Origin: Sedimentisphaerales bacterium
GTDB taxonomy: Bacteria > Planctomycetota > Phycisphaerae > Sedimentisphaerales > SM23-30
Length of the DNA: 64,000 nt
Assembly: GCA_963666285.1 (NCBI GenBank)
Contig: OY762711.1
Reading direction: 5' to 3' (one strand)
The notes under the pieces are model-generated. The model saw only the letters and a list, made by a program, of their open reading frames with translations. It was not told where the DNA came from and made no database searches. Both the position numbers and the translations under genes were made by a program. Shown here in pieces: positions 20,743 through 29,990 of the stretch (position 1 is its first letter; every line of letters begins with the position of its first letter).

Positions 20743-21936
20743 ATGAAATACAGACGATTTGGCAAGACTGAACTATCGATGCCTGTGGTATCGTGCGGCG
20801 GTATGCGTTACCAGTTTGACTGGAAAGATAAGCCGCTGGAAGAAATTCCAAATGAGAACCAGGAAAACCTGGAAGCGACTATACGCCGTTCGGTCGAGCT
20901 GGGCATAAACCATATAGAAACCGCACGCGGATACGGCAGTTCGGAACGACAGCTCGGACTTATATTACCGGAATTCCCGCGAGACGAGATCATCGTTCAG
21001 ACCAAGATAGGACCTAACGAAAAAACTGAGGAATTTATCAAAGGTTTTGAAGAATCGCTGGAAAGGTTGAAACTGGACAATGTCGACCTTCTATCGATAC
21101 ATGGAATCAATCACGCTCCTACCCTGGACTGGTCTGTTCGCAAAGGCGGATGCCTGGAGGCGGCAAGGAAGTTTCAAGACCAGGGACTGGCAAAGCATAT
21201 AGGCTTTTCCACACATGGGCCTACCGATATAATTGTCAAAGCGATAGAAACTGATGTTTTTGGCGGGTTCGATTATGTTAACCTACACTGGTACTATATC
21301 AATCAACTAAACTGGCCCGCAATCGAAGCTGCTGCCAAAAGAGATATGGGCGTTTTTATCATAAGCCCAACCGACAAAGGCGGCATGCTGCATAAACCGT
21401 CTGAAAAAATAATGCAGTTGACAGAACCGCTGCACCCGATAGTATTTAATGACCTGTTTTGCCTGATGCAGGAAAAGATCCATACCATTAGTATTGGCGC
21501 GAGCTGTCCGGACGACTTTAACCTCCATATTGAAGCTGTCGAACTATTGGATAATGCCGCTAATCTGGTAGCACCAATAGTTGAGAAGCTGGAAAATGCG
21601 AAACTGGAGGCTGTCGGAGAAAAACTGGCCAACCCTTTTGACCTGGACATACCGGACTGGGATAAATGCCCTGACGGAATAAATGCCAGGGTTATTGTTT
21701 GGCTGTGGATGCTGCTAAAAACATTTGACTTGATAGATTATGGCAAAAGCCGCTTTAATCTAATGGGTAATGCCGAACACTGGTTTCCGGGCGAAAAGCC
21801 GGAGAATTTTGATAACGACGGCTGGCATGAAATTGCTGACCAAAGCGGGCTGGGCGATCAATTATTGGATATACTGCGAGAAGCAAAAGAGACCATGGGC
21901 GGCGAGGAAGTAAAAAGGCTAAGTAAAAGCGAATAA
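20743..21936 (+). CDS. Aldo/keto reductase family protein
   Basis: MKYRRFGKTEL, GINHIETARGYG.SE, IVQTK, HIGFSTHG. Confidence 0.92.
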   Translation: MKYRRFGKTELSMPVVSCGGMRYQFDWKDKPLEEIPNENQENLEATIRRSVELGINHIETARGYGSSERQLGLILPEFPRDEIIVQTKIGPNEKTEEFIKGFEESLERLKLDNVDLLSIHGINHAPTLDWSVRKGGCLEAARKFQDQGLAKHIGFSTHGPTDIIVKAIETDVFGGFDYVNLHWYYINQLNWPAIEAAAKRDMGVFIISPTDKGGMLHKPSEKIMQLTEPLHPIVFNDLFCLMQEKIHTISIGASCPDDFNLHIEAVELLDNAANLVAPIVEKLENAKLEAVGEKLANPFDLDIPDWDKCPDGINARVIVWLWMLLKTFDLIDYGKSRFNLMGNAEHWFPGEKPENFDNDGWHEIADQSGLGDQLLDILREAKETMGGEEVKRLSKSE

Positions 21937-21975
21937 ATCTCTCGATCAAAATGAATTTATGAGGTTACCAATTTA

Positions 21976-22194
21976 GTTTACTTTCGCAGTTTTTAAGTTG
22001 CAACAACAATGTACCTTTGGTAATTCGCCTAAAATGGCCTTCCTGCAACACTTATGTTTTAAACAAAGCGTGAGACGATAGCGAATTATTCCTGATGTCA
22101 ACGTACATCGGGACACCTTAATTTTTCACTTCACTATTCGTTTTTCACTTAATTTTGTGTATAATGTTGAACAGTCATAAGTGCGATACCGCAC
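21976..22194. repeat. Dispersed intergenic repeat, copy A
   Basis: Aligns with 41511-41702; carries an extra 28-bp hairpin also found at 63733-63760. Confidence 0.85.
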
Positions 22195-22214
22195 ATTTAT
22201 AAAGGAATAAGAAT

Positions 22215-22751
22215 ATGCAGACGAAGACAGGAATAAAAGATTTAATGGCACTGGATGTATGTTTCAGGACTATTGCGGCTCTACTGGCAATGGCAATTGC
22301 TGGGGCACTACTGGCAGCATTGTGCAAAGATATAACTATGCCGTATTTGTTTGGTGTTAAAGTACATGTATTCCAATATTTCATTCTGCTGGCAGCGTTT
22401 GGTTTCGGTCCGCTCGGCGGAGCTGCTGTCGGTGCTGCAAGCTGCTGGATTACTGCAATGGCACTGGGCAACCCATATATAATTGTTGGCAACGCCCTGC
22501 TTGGTTTTGTTGCGGGTTTTATGTATCGCAAAACCAATCACATCGCTATATCGGTTGTGATCGCATTCATATGCCAGGTACTATGGATACTGCTCAGCGA
22601 TATATTCTTCATGCATATGCCGATAGCAAGAGTCGGAATTATCATATTGAGTCTGTTCATTTTCGATATCCTTTGGTCTGTATGCGCCGGATTGACATAT
22701 CATGCGATTAGGAAACACTTTAAAGTAAATAAATCAATTCAAAGCGACTGA
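22215..22751 (+). CDS. ECF transporter S component-like membrane protein
   Basis: About five to six TM helices; 'LLAAFGFGPLGGAAVGA' S-component signature. Confidence 0.75.
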   Translation: MQTKTGIKDLMALDVCFRTIAALLAMAIAGALLAALCKDITMPYLFGVKVHVFQYFILLAAFGFGPLGGAAVGAASCWITAMALGNPYIIVGNALLGFVAGFMYRKTNHIAISVVIAFICQVLWILLSDIFFMHMPIARVGIIILSLFIFDILWSVCAGLTYHAIRKHFKVNKSIQSD

Positions 22752-22946
22752 TTTTCACTTTGTTTAACTCTAACACATTGTAATAGAATTCGTTATATTA
22801 GAGCACTTTAATTAACCTGCCGCTTTGCGGCAATCCTTGCCTAATACCTGGTACCAAATACCTTTCAAACTCTACACCTGTCAGTTTGAGTAACTAAATT
22901 TAATTTTCGTTTTGGCGACAGCCTGTTCAAACCTGTAAATCTGCAA

Positions 22947-23351
22947 ATGAATAATTCATTAGAAGTGTATAATTCAGACGGTATAATCGTTTTCGAGCGG
23001 GACGGCAAATGGCTGCACCCGCTATTTGCATTAATGGACTACCTGTCGGAACCGGAAAATGAAATGGATATCACAAATTGCACCTTGCATGATAAGATAA
23101 TAGGTGCCGCAGCAGCAGTGCTGATAATAAAGATGGGCTTCAGAAAATGTCATGGCCTGCTCATGTCAGAAAAAGCTGCTGCATTATTCAAACAGCATGA
23201 AATCGAGTATAACTATGATAAGATGGTCGAGGGGATATTGTGCAAAACAGAGAAGATGATAGAACCGAATGACAGCATAAACACAGCCGTAGAGAGATTA
23301 ATTGAGTTACGCAAAGAAAACAGACAAAAAATGAATAAAAACAGCCAGTGA
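22947..23351 (+). CDS. DUF1893 (TM1506-like) protein
   Basis: GKWLHPL..LHDKIIGAAAA..MSEKA..LCKTE pattern. Confidence 0.8.
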   Translation: MNNSLEVYNSDGIIVFERDGKWLHPLFALMDYLSEPENEMDITNCTLHDKIIGAAAAVLIIKMGFRKCHGLLMSEKAAALFKQHEIEYNYDKMVEGILCKTEKMIEPNDSINTAVERLIELRKENRQKMNKNSQ

Positions 23352-24151
23352 AGAGTTACAAAGCAACACAAAAATATGGACCAATAAAAAGACAAATGAG
23401 GCAATTATAGGACAATTGATGCAAATATTGAAACATGCTAAAACTGGGTTAAAAAACATTTTTTTAAGTATTTTGCTGAAATTAAACTTTCCCGCACAAT
23501 TCCATAAAGCATAACACCTTCCAAATAAACAACTTACATATATTGCAACATTAAAAACACCTGCTATTTGATTCAGATATGAATTGTTAAAAATTATTTT
23601 TTTATTTGGCATTATGGCACTAAAGTTTATATAATAAATAAAGTCAAAAAAGTAGTTCTGGCTTTTTTATAGTATTTGAATTTATGAGCAACATAAGCAG
23701 GAGAAAAGACCATTTCTATTAGTTCGATTTTGTTATTATAAAACTTTGCGATTCTCTTGAAATATGTTAATTTAGCGTGTTTTTTTTACGATAATGAAAT
23801 AGCAGAAAAAACAGTAAAACTGAAAAAGGTATTATTTTGTTGCATTGAAAAAAGTTTTTTGATATATTTTTACCTATCTAGTGGATTCTAATTGCATAAT
23901 TGCATTTATTTCAATGTGGCCAAACAATAATTATCGGCGTTCAGTGCGCATTTTAGACGTAGTCAGTTTGCGCGCATGTTTCGATATAGTCTGGTCGTAT
24001 TGGGGTATTTTGTACTATTCGTACAGCCTAAAATTAAGATAAATAAACATAAGAAAAGTGAATGCTTGTAAGCATTGACCATAATCGTATTGTAACAGCT
24101 GCTGTGTAGCAGCATAATATTTCACTTAATTTCTTATGGAGGATTGACAAC

Positions 24152-26509
24152 ATGAAGAAATTGTATTTGTTATTGTTGGTATTAGGTATTGGATCTCAGG
24201 TTGCATTAGCTGAGACAGTAATCGACCGAACAAATTTTGGGGTCATCGACTATAGTACTTCTATTAACGCAGTGGAAGCACCCCCAGCGTTATTTGATGG
24301 CTATAAAGAAACTAAATGGCTGTCAGAAGGCGGCGATCCACTTTCATGGATGACTTATGAATTCCAAAGCGGTAGATCTTACGCTATCAATTCTTATGCC
24401 ATGACCTCGGCTAACGATGCGTCTAATCGTGACCCTAAGAGCTGGATACTTTCAGGTTCTAACGACGGCGGAACAACATGGACTGAAGTTGATCACAGAA
24501 CTGATGAAGTATGGACAGCACGGTTTGAACGTCGTGTTTTCAAGTTCACAAATACTGTGCCTTACAAGATGTACAAGCTTCAGATAACTGCCAACTATGG
24601 TGAGCATTTCACCCAGTTTTCAGAACTGGAATTAATCCAGGATGGTATTTCACGTACAGCATATAGTAATGTAACATGGAGTAGCCAATGGAATTGGGAC
24701 GAAGGCGGTCTAAGAGCATTCGATAATATGCAGACAGATGGCAATCACACCAAATGGATGGCAGCAGACGGACAAACAACCGGTTGGCTGCAGTATGAAT
24801 TTTTAGGTGGTCGTGCATATGCACTTAATGGCTATACAATTACATCAGCAAATGACTGGCCAAGTCGTGACCCTCGCGACTGGACATTCCAGGGTTCATT
24901 TGACGGCGTAACCTGGGAAATTCTAGATACTCAGGCAGGTCAGTACTGGCAGGATGGCGCTGAAGATTATCGCTATACTCCAAAGACATATACTTTTGAC
25001 AACAATATTGCATATCCTTATTACAAGCTCGATATCACACTGAACAATGGTGCCGGTAATACAGTGGCACTAGCAGAAGTGGAACTATTGGAACGTACCT
25101 TAGATGGTTCAGCTACATATGTTTCTCCGGCAGAAGCAGCAGTAGAAGTTGAAACTGATTCTCTTCTTGAATGGGTAGCTGGTACTGATTCCGCTATCAT
25201 CGGTCAGTATGTACACATGGGTACATCTCCAGATGCTATGGTAGCATTAAATGCTGATTCAATGCTTGCTGCCAATGCAACATCATTTGACCCTGAACTA
25301 ATAACAGATTCAACATACTACTGGCAGATCGAAGGCGCTCTTTCAAGTAATAGTGAAGCCGGCGATCCTAACAATATCTGGAGTCGCGTATGGAGATTCA
25401 CAACAAAAACTTCTGTTGTTACATTCAATCCTGATTATCCTGAAGATGCTTTCTCGTTCCCTGGTGAAGAAGCATCATTTGAAGTTAAAGCTGCTGACCC
25501 TCTGGGCGGAGAAATTGCATACCAGTGGTTTATCGATGGTGACGGCAACCCAGACACAAACAGCGAATCTCCTCTTGTAAACGGTGCAGACTATGAAGGC
25601 GTTAATACAGCTACTCTTATCGTGAAGAACGGTACTCCTGGTTATTACAGATGCGGAGCTACTAATACATCTGGTAAGACAACTTATTCTGACTATGCTC
25701 GTCTATATGTCAAAGAGAAACTGGCACACTGGACTCTGGACTCTGCTGATTTTGACGGTACTGTCTATGTAGATTCTACTGGTAACGGCAATAACGCTAC
25801 ACCTGATGGTCCTCCAGTATTTACTGACGGTGTTGTTGATGACGACCTGGATGCAAGTAATGCAGTTACTGAAGGCGCTATCACTGTACTGGATCCAAAC
25901 AGTACTGCAAGCGTTGGCACATTCAATCCTGGCGAAGATACCGGCAGATTCTCAGTTTCTGCTTGGGTTAAGAGACAGGAAAATGCTGAAAATGTTGGTA
26001 TCAATATGATCGTTGCTAAACGTGACGGATGGACTGCTAGTGAAGAAAGCCTATGGCAGTTCATGGCTATTGAAAGCGATCATTCATTTAGAATGCAGTC
26101 TTATGGATTGTCAACTGTAAATACTGCTTCAAATGTATTCGTTGATGACGAATGGGTACACGTTGTAGTAACCTTCAACGGCACTCATGCAAGAATCTAT
26201 GTTGACGGTGCACAAGAAGCTGTAGGCACTTTCCAGCTGGCAGCAGGAACAGATGCAACCTTCCGTATCGGTCGCAACGACAGCTTGACTGAAAGATTCG
26301 AAGGTCCTATCGACGATGTACAGGTATTTAACTTTGATCTGTCTGCTGAAGAAGTAGTTGATCTATACTTCGCTGAAACTGGTACACCAAAATGTATCTA
26401 TGGCAACCCTGCAGCTGATATCAATGGCGACTGTGATGTTAATATCCTTGACATTGCAGACTTGGCCGGCAATTGGCTGGATCATGGTTACTACCCAGAT
26501 CGTCCATAA
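24152..26509 (+). CDS. Secreted multidomain protein: two discoidin/F5-8C-like domains, Ig-like, LamG, dockerin-like
   Basis: GGAGG RBS and signal peptide; duplicated 'SAND..RDP..W...GS.DG..W'; LamG 'FSVSAWVK..WVHVVVTF..LYVDG-like..IDDVQVFN'; ADINGDCDVNILD. Confidence 0.85.
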   Translation: MKKLYLLLLVLGIGSQVALAETVIDRTNFGVIDYSTSINAVEAPPALFDGYKETKWLSEGGDPLSWMTYEFQSGRSYAINSYAMTSANDASNRDPKSWILSGSNDGGTTWTEVDHRTDEVWTARFERRVFKFTNTVPYKMYKLQITANYGEHFTQFSELELIQDGISRTAYSNVTWSSQWNWDEGGLRAFDNMQTDGNHTKWMAADGQTTGWLQYEFLGGRAYALNGYTITSANDWPSRDPRDWTFQGSFDGVTWEILDTQAGQYWQDGAEDYRYTPKTYTFDNNIAYPYYKLDITLNNGAGNTVALAEVELLERTLDGSATYVSPAEAAVEVETDSLLEWVAGTDSAIIGQYVHMGTSPDAMVALNADSMLAANATSFDPELITDSTYYWQIEGALSSNSEAGDPNNIWSRVWRFTTKTSVVTFNPDYPEDAFSFPGEEASFEVKAADPLGGEIAYQWFIDGDGNPDTNSESPLVNGADYEGVNTATLIVKNGTPGYYRCGATNTSGKTTYSDYARLYVKEKLAHWTLDSADFDGTVYVDSTGNGNNATPDGPPVFTDGVVDDDLDASNAVTEGAITVLDPNSTASVGTFNPGEDTGRFSVSAWVKRQENAENVGINMIVAKRDGWTASEESLWQFMAIESDHSFRMQSYGLSTVNTASNVFVDDEWVHVVVTFNGTHARIYVDGAQEAVGTFQLAAGTDATFRIGRNDSLTERFEGPIDDVQVFNFDLSAEEVVDLYFAETGTPKCIYGNPAADINGDCDVNILDIADLAGNWLDHGYYPDRP

Positions 26510-26562
26510 TGAAATGAACATACATCGGTCATAATACTTGACTGATAATTGTTTAACAAATC

Positions 26563-26604
26563 AAAGCGGATTGTGCTGCCTCGCAGTGCAGTCCGCTTTT
26601 TTTT
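26563..26604 (+). terminator. Rho-independent terminator
   Basis: AAAGCGGAUUGUGCUGC-CUC-GCAGUGCAGUCCGC-U8. Confidence 0.8.
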
Positions 26605-26782
26605 ATTACCTGAACCGGCTAATACTAAGCTTATAATTATTCCCAAAAAATATGATGCCGGTTGCCCTGACCGCAAGCATAAGTAGAAAACAAAAACTTA
26701 TATAAGTTCTATTCTGTCAATAAAAAAAGAAGCAGAAAATCAATCCTGCTTCCTTCTTGAATTTTAACAAACTGAATAGAAG

Positions 26783-28645
26783 CTATTCAACCGTAACACT
26801 CTTTGCCAGGTTACGAGGTTTATCAACATCCTGACCGCGGATAACTGCGGCATGATAAGCCAGCAGCTGAAGCGGTATAACGGTCAGCAGCGGCTGTAAT
26901 TCATCCAGGGTATGCGGTACATAAAATACATGCTCGGCATAATTCTGTATCTCGGTATCACCTTCGGTAGCGACAGCGATAATACGACCGCCCCGGGCAC
27001 GAACTTCTTCCATATTGCCGACAACCTTGTCATACTGGCTGCACTTCGGAACTACAAAGACAACCGGCATTTCGTCGGTTATTAGTGCAATCGGGCCATG
27101 TTTCATTTCAGCTGCCGGCATACCTTCGGCATGGATATATGAAATTTCCTTTAGCTTGAGAGCTCCTTCAAGAGCAACCGGGAACTGATAACCCCTTCCA
27201 AGGAAGAGCCAGTTTTCCTGATCGCAGTATTTTTCAACTGTATCACGGATATAATCGCTCTGTTTGAGAACTGTTTCTATCTGGTCTGGAATCTGGTTCA
27301 ATGCTTTCAAATATTTCTGCAGGGCCTGATGTGACATATGACGGCGACGGGCTATAAACAATGCAAGCAATGTAAGCACCGTTACCTGGCCGGTAAAGGC
27401 CTTGGTAGATGCAACGCCGATTTCCGGACCAACATGCAGGTAAACTCCGCAATCCGTTTCACGGGCTATGGTACTTCCAACCGCATTAACAACACCAACA
27501 GTAAGAGCTCCTCGATTTTTTGCCTCTCTCAAAGCGGCAAGAGTATCGATAGTTTCACCTGACTGACTGATAACCACTTGAACGGTATTCTGATCGATTA
27601 TCGGGTTGCGATATCTGAATTCAGAGGCATAATCAATTTCGGTTGGCAGCTGTGCCAACTCTTCCAAAATGTATTCTGCCACCATACCGGCATGTAGCGC
27701 GGTACCACAGGCGGTTATATTCATTTTGCGTGCCAGAACAAGTTCGCGGGCATGGTCGCCCACACCGCCAAGCTTGATAGAACCGTCATTCAGGTCGATA
27801 CGACCGCTAAGACATGCTCTAAGCTTTTCCGGCTGTTCAAATATTTCCTTTTCCATGTAGTGCTTATAGCCGGCAAGTTCGATCTCATCAAGCGAGTATT
27901 CGATCTGCTCGACCTTAGCAACTACCGGGATATTATCAATCGTAGTAGTACGATAGCCATCACGGGTAACAATAGCCATCTCATTATCGCCAAGATAAAT
28001 AGCCTGAGATGTGTGGTTAATTATAGCTGACGCATCGGAAGATACGATATATTCGCCATCACCTACGCCAAGAACAAGCGGGCTGCCTTTGCGAGCGGCA
28101 AGAATCATATCGGGTACTTCGTTGCAGATTATTGTCAAACCATAAGTACCGACAAGCTCGGCAAGTGCCAGACGTGTGGCAACTTCGAGTCTCTTGGCCT
28201 TGGACATACCGGCATCAAACTTATCTTCCTGATGATAAAAATGGCTGATAAGATTGGCAATAACTTCAGAATCTGTATCGCTATGGAACTCGGCACCCTT
28301 GGAAATCAGCCACTTTTTGAGTGTGGCAAAGTTTTCAATGATACCGTTATGCACTATTGCTATTTTGCCGGTATGATCCTTATGAGGATGCGCATTTTTC
28401 TCGATTGGAGGGCCATGGGTAGCCCAACGTGTATGGGCTATGCCGATTGTACCTTTTACGTGGCCTTTATCGAGTTTTTCGGCTAGATCGGCTATACGGC
28501 CCACGCTGCGAACGAGGTTCATCGCACCTTCATCGCAAATTGCAACACCAGAGGAATCGTAACCCCTGTATTCTAAACGCTTTAGACCTTCAACCAGAAT
28601 GTCCTCTGCCTGTTTATCCCCCAGGTAAGCAACTATTCCACACAT
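26783..28645 (-). CDS. glmS: Glutamine--fructose-6-phosphate transaminase
   Basis: MCGI..LEYRGYDS; HTRWATHG; SQSGET; C-terminal PRNLAKSVTVE. Confidence 0.99.
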   Translation of the reverse strand: MCGIVAYLGDKQAEDILVEGLKRLEYRGYDSSGVAICDEGAMNLVRSVGRIADLAEKLDKGHVKGTIGIAHTRWATHGPPIEKNAHPHKDHTGKIAIVHNGIIENFATLKKWLISKGAEFHSDTDSEVIANLISHFYHQEDKFDAGMSKAKRLEVATRLALAELVGTYGLTIICNEVPDMILAARKGSPLVLGVGDGEYIVSSDASAIINHTSQAIYLGDNEMAIVTRDGYRTTTIDNIPVVAKVEQIEYSLDEIELAGYKHYMEKEIFEQPEKLRACLSGRIDLNDGSIKLGGVGDHARELVLARKMNITACGTALHAGMVAEYILEELAQLPTEIDYASEFRYRNPIIDQNTVQVVISQSGETIDTLAALREAKNRGALTVGVVNAVGSTIARETDCGVYLHVGPEIGVASTKAFTGQVTVLTLLALFIARRRHMSHQALQKYLKALNQIPDQIETVLKQSDYIRDTVEKYCDQENWLFLGRGYQFPVALEGALKLKEISYIHAEGMPAAEMKHGPIALITDEMPVVFVVPKCSQYDKVVGNMEEVRARGGRIIAVATEGDTEIQNYAEHVFYVPHTLDELQPLLTVIPLQLLAYHAAVIRGQDVDKPRNLAKSVTVE

Positions 28646-28872
28646 AATGTATCTCCAATTATATCAATAATTTATAACTTCTTACACTATATAAATATAT
28701 CGTAAGATAATGCCTGAATCTTTAGCGACATCTGCACAATTATAGGCTAATAATATTCAATTTACATTACATTTATAGCTTTTAATGGTTAACGTTCATA
28801 AAACTCGTATCTACAGTGCTATAGCTAAGCTTTGTTCTTGCTGGTTAAAGTCCGGTCAGCTATAATACCCGA

Positions 28873-29943
28873 ATGGCAAAAAAAGACGCAATTACATACC
28901 AGGAATCCGGCGTAAGTATCGAAGCTAACGACGAAATGGTTGATTTGATCAGCCAGAATGTTAAAAGAACACACGGTCCACGTGTTATGCACCTGCATAA
29001 TGCCTTTGCAGGTCTTTTCAGACTGGATTACGACCAGGATTTATTCAAAAAGAACTATAAGAACCCCGTTCTGGTGGCATGTACAGACGGTGTGGGTACT
29101 AAGATCAAGATAGCGGCAATGATGAAAAGGTATGATACTGTTGGTATCGATCTTGTTGCTATGAGTGTAAACGATATGATCGTTCAAGGTGCTGAACCGC
29201 TGTTTTTCCTCGACTATGCCGCTGTACACACTCTCAAACCGGCTCAGATTAACGAGTTCGTCAAGGGTATCAGTGATGGTTGTGTGATGAGCGACTGTGC
29301 ACTGATTGGCGGCGAAACCGCGGAGATGCCCGGAGTATACCGCAAAGGTGAATTTGACCTGGCTGGTTTTGCTGTTGGCGTTGTTGAAAAAGACAGGCTG
29401 ATTGCGGCTAATTATATTGAGCCGGGCGATTCTATTATAGGGCTGGCATCAAGCGGAATCCATTCCAACGGCTATTCGCTGGTACGTAAGATATGTTTCA
29501 ACAGGGAAAAACTTAGCTGTGATGACTATATCGATCAGCTGGGTGAACCACTTGGCGAAGCATTACTGAGACCTACCAAAATATATGCCAAGAGCATTGT
29601 TGCTCTGCTGAAAAAATATCGGGTCAAAAAGATAGTTAAAGCTATGGCACATATAACCGGCGGCGGACTGGTTGGCAACCTGCCGAGAGTACTGGGCGAT
29701 GAATTTGATGCGGTTCTGGACAGCAGTAAATGGGAAGTTCCAGCAATATTCAAATTTCTTCAGGAAAAAGGGCCGGTACCTCAGGAAGAAATGTACCGGG
29801 TGTTCAATATGGGAATCGGCTATGTACTGATAGTACGCCCGAAATTCAGCCGGTCAATAATGACACACCTGAAAACGCTGGGCGAGACTCCTTTCTTTAT
29901 CGGCAAGGTAAAACGAGGTACTGGAAAGGTAACTATCAACTAA
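28873..29943 (+). CDS. purM: Phosphoribosylformylglycinamidine cyclo-ligase
   Basis: TDGVGTK, GAEPLFFLDY, GGETAEMPG, SSGIHSNGYSL, FNMGIG. Confidence 0.98.
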   Translation: MAKKDAITYQESGVSIEANDEMVDLISQNVKRTHGPRVMHLHNAFAGLFRLDYDQDLFKKNYKNPVLVACTDGVGTKIKIAAMMKRYDTVGIDLVAMSVNDMIVQGAEPLFFLDYAAVHTLKPAQINEFVKGISDGCVMSDCALIGGETAEMPGVYRKGEFDLAGFAVGVVEKDRLIAANYIEPGDSIIGLASSGIHSNGYSLVRKICFNREKLSCDDYIDQLGEPLGEALLRPTKIYAKSIVALLKKYRVKKIVKAMAHITGGGLVGNLPRVLGDEFDAVLDSSKWEVPAIFKFLQEKGPVPQEEMYRVFNMGIGYVLIVRPKFSRSIMTHLKTLGETPFFIGKVKRGTGKVTIN

Positions 29944-29990
29944 GTTTTTTAGCCGAAACAAAAAATAAACCAACAAAGCCTGTAGTCAGA

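Noticed and set aside
28646..28872. glmS ribozyme or purine/ZTP riboswitch
   Set aside because: Short AT-rich divergent spacer with no recognisable conserved core.
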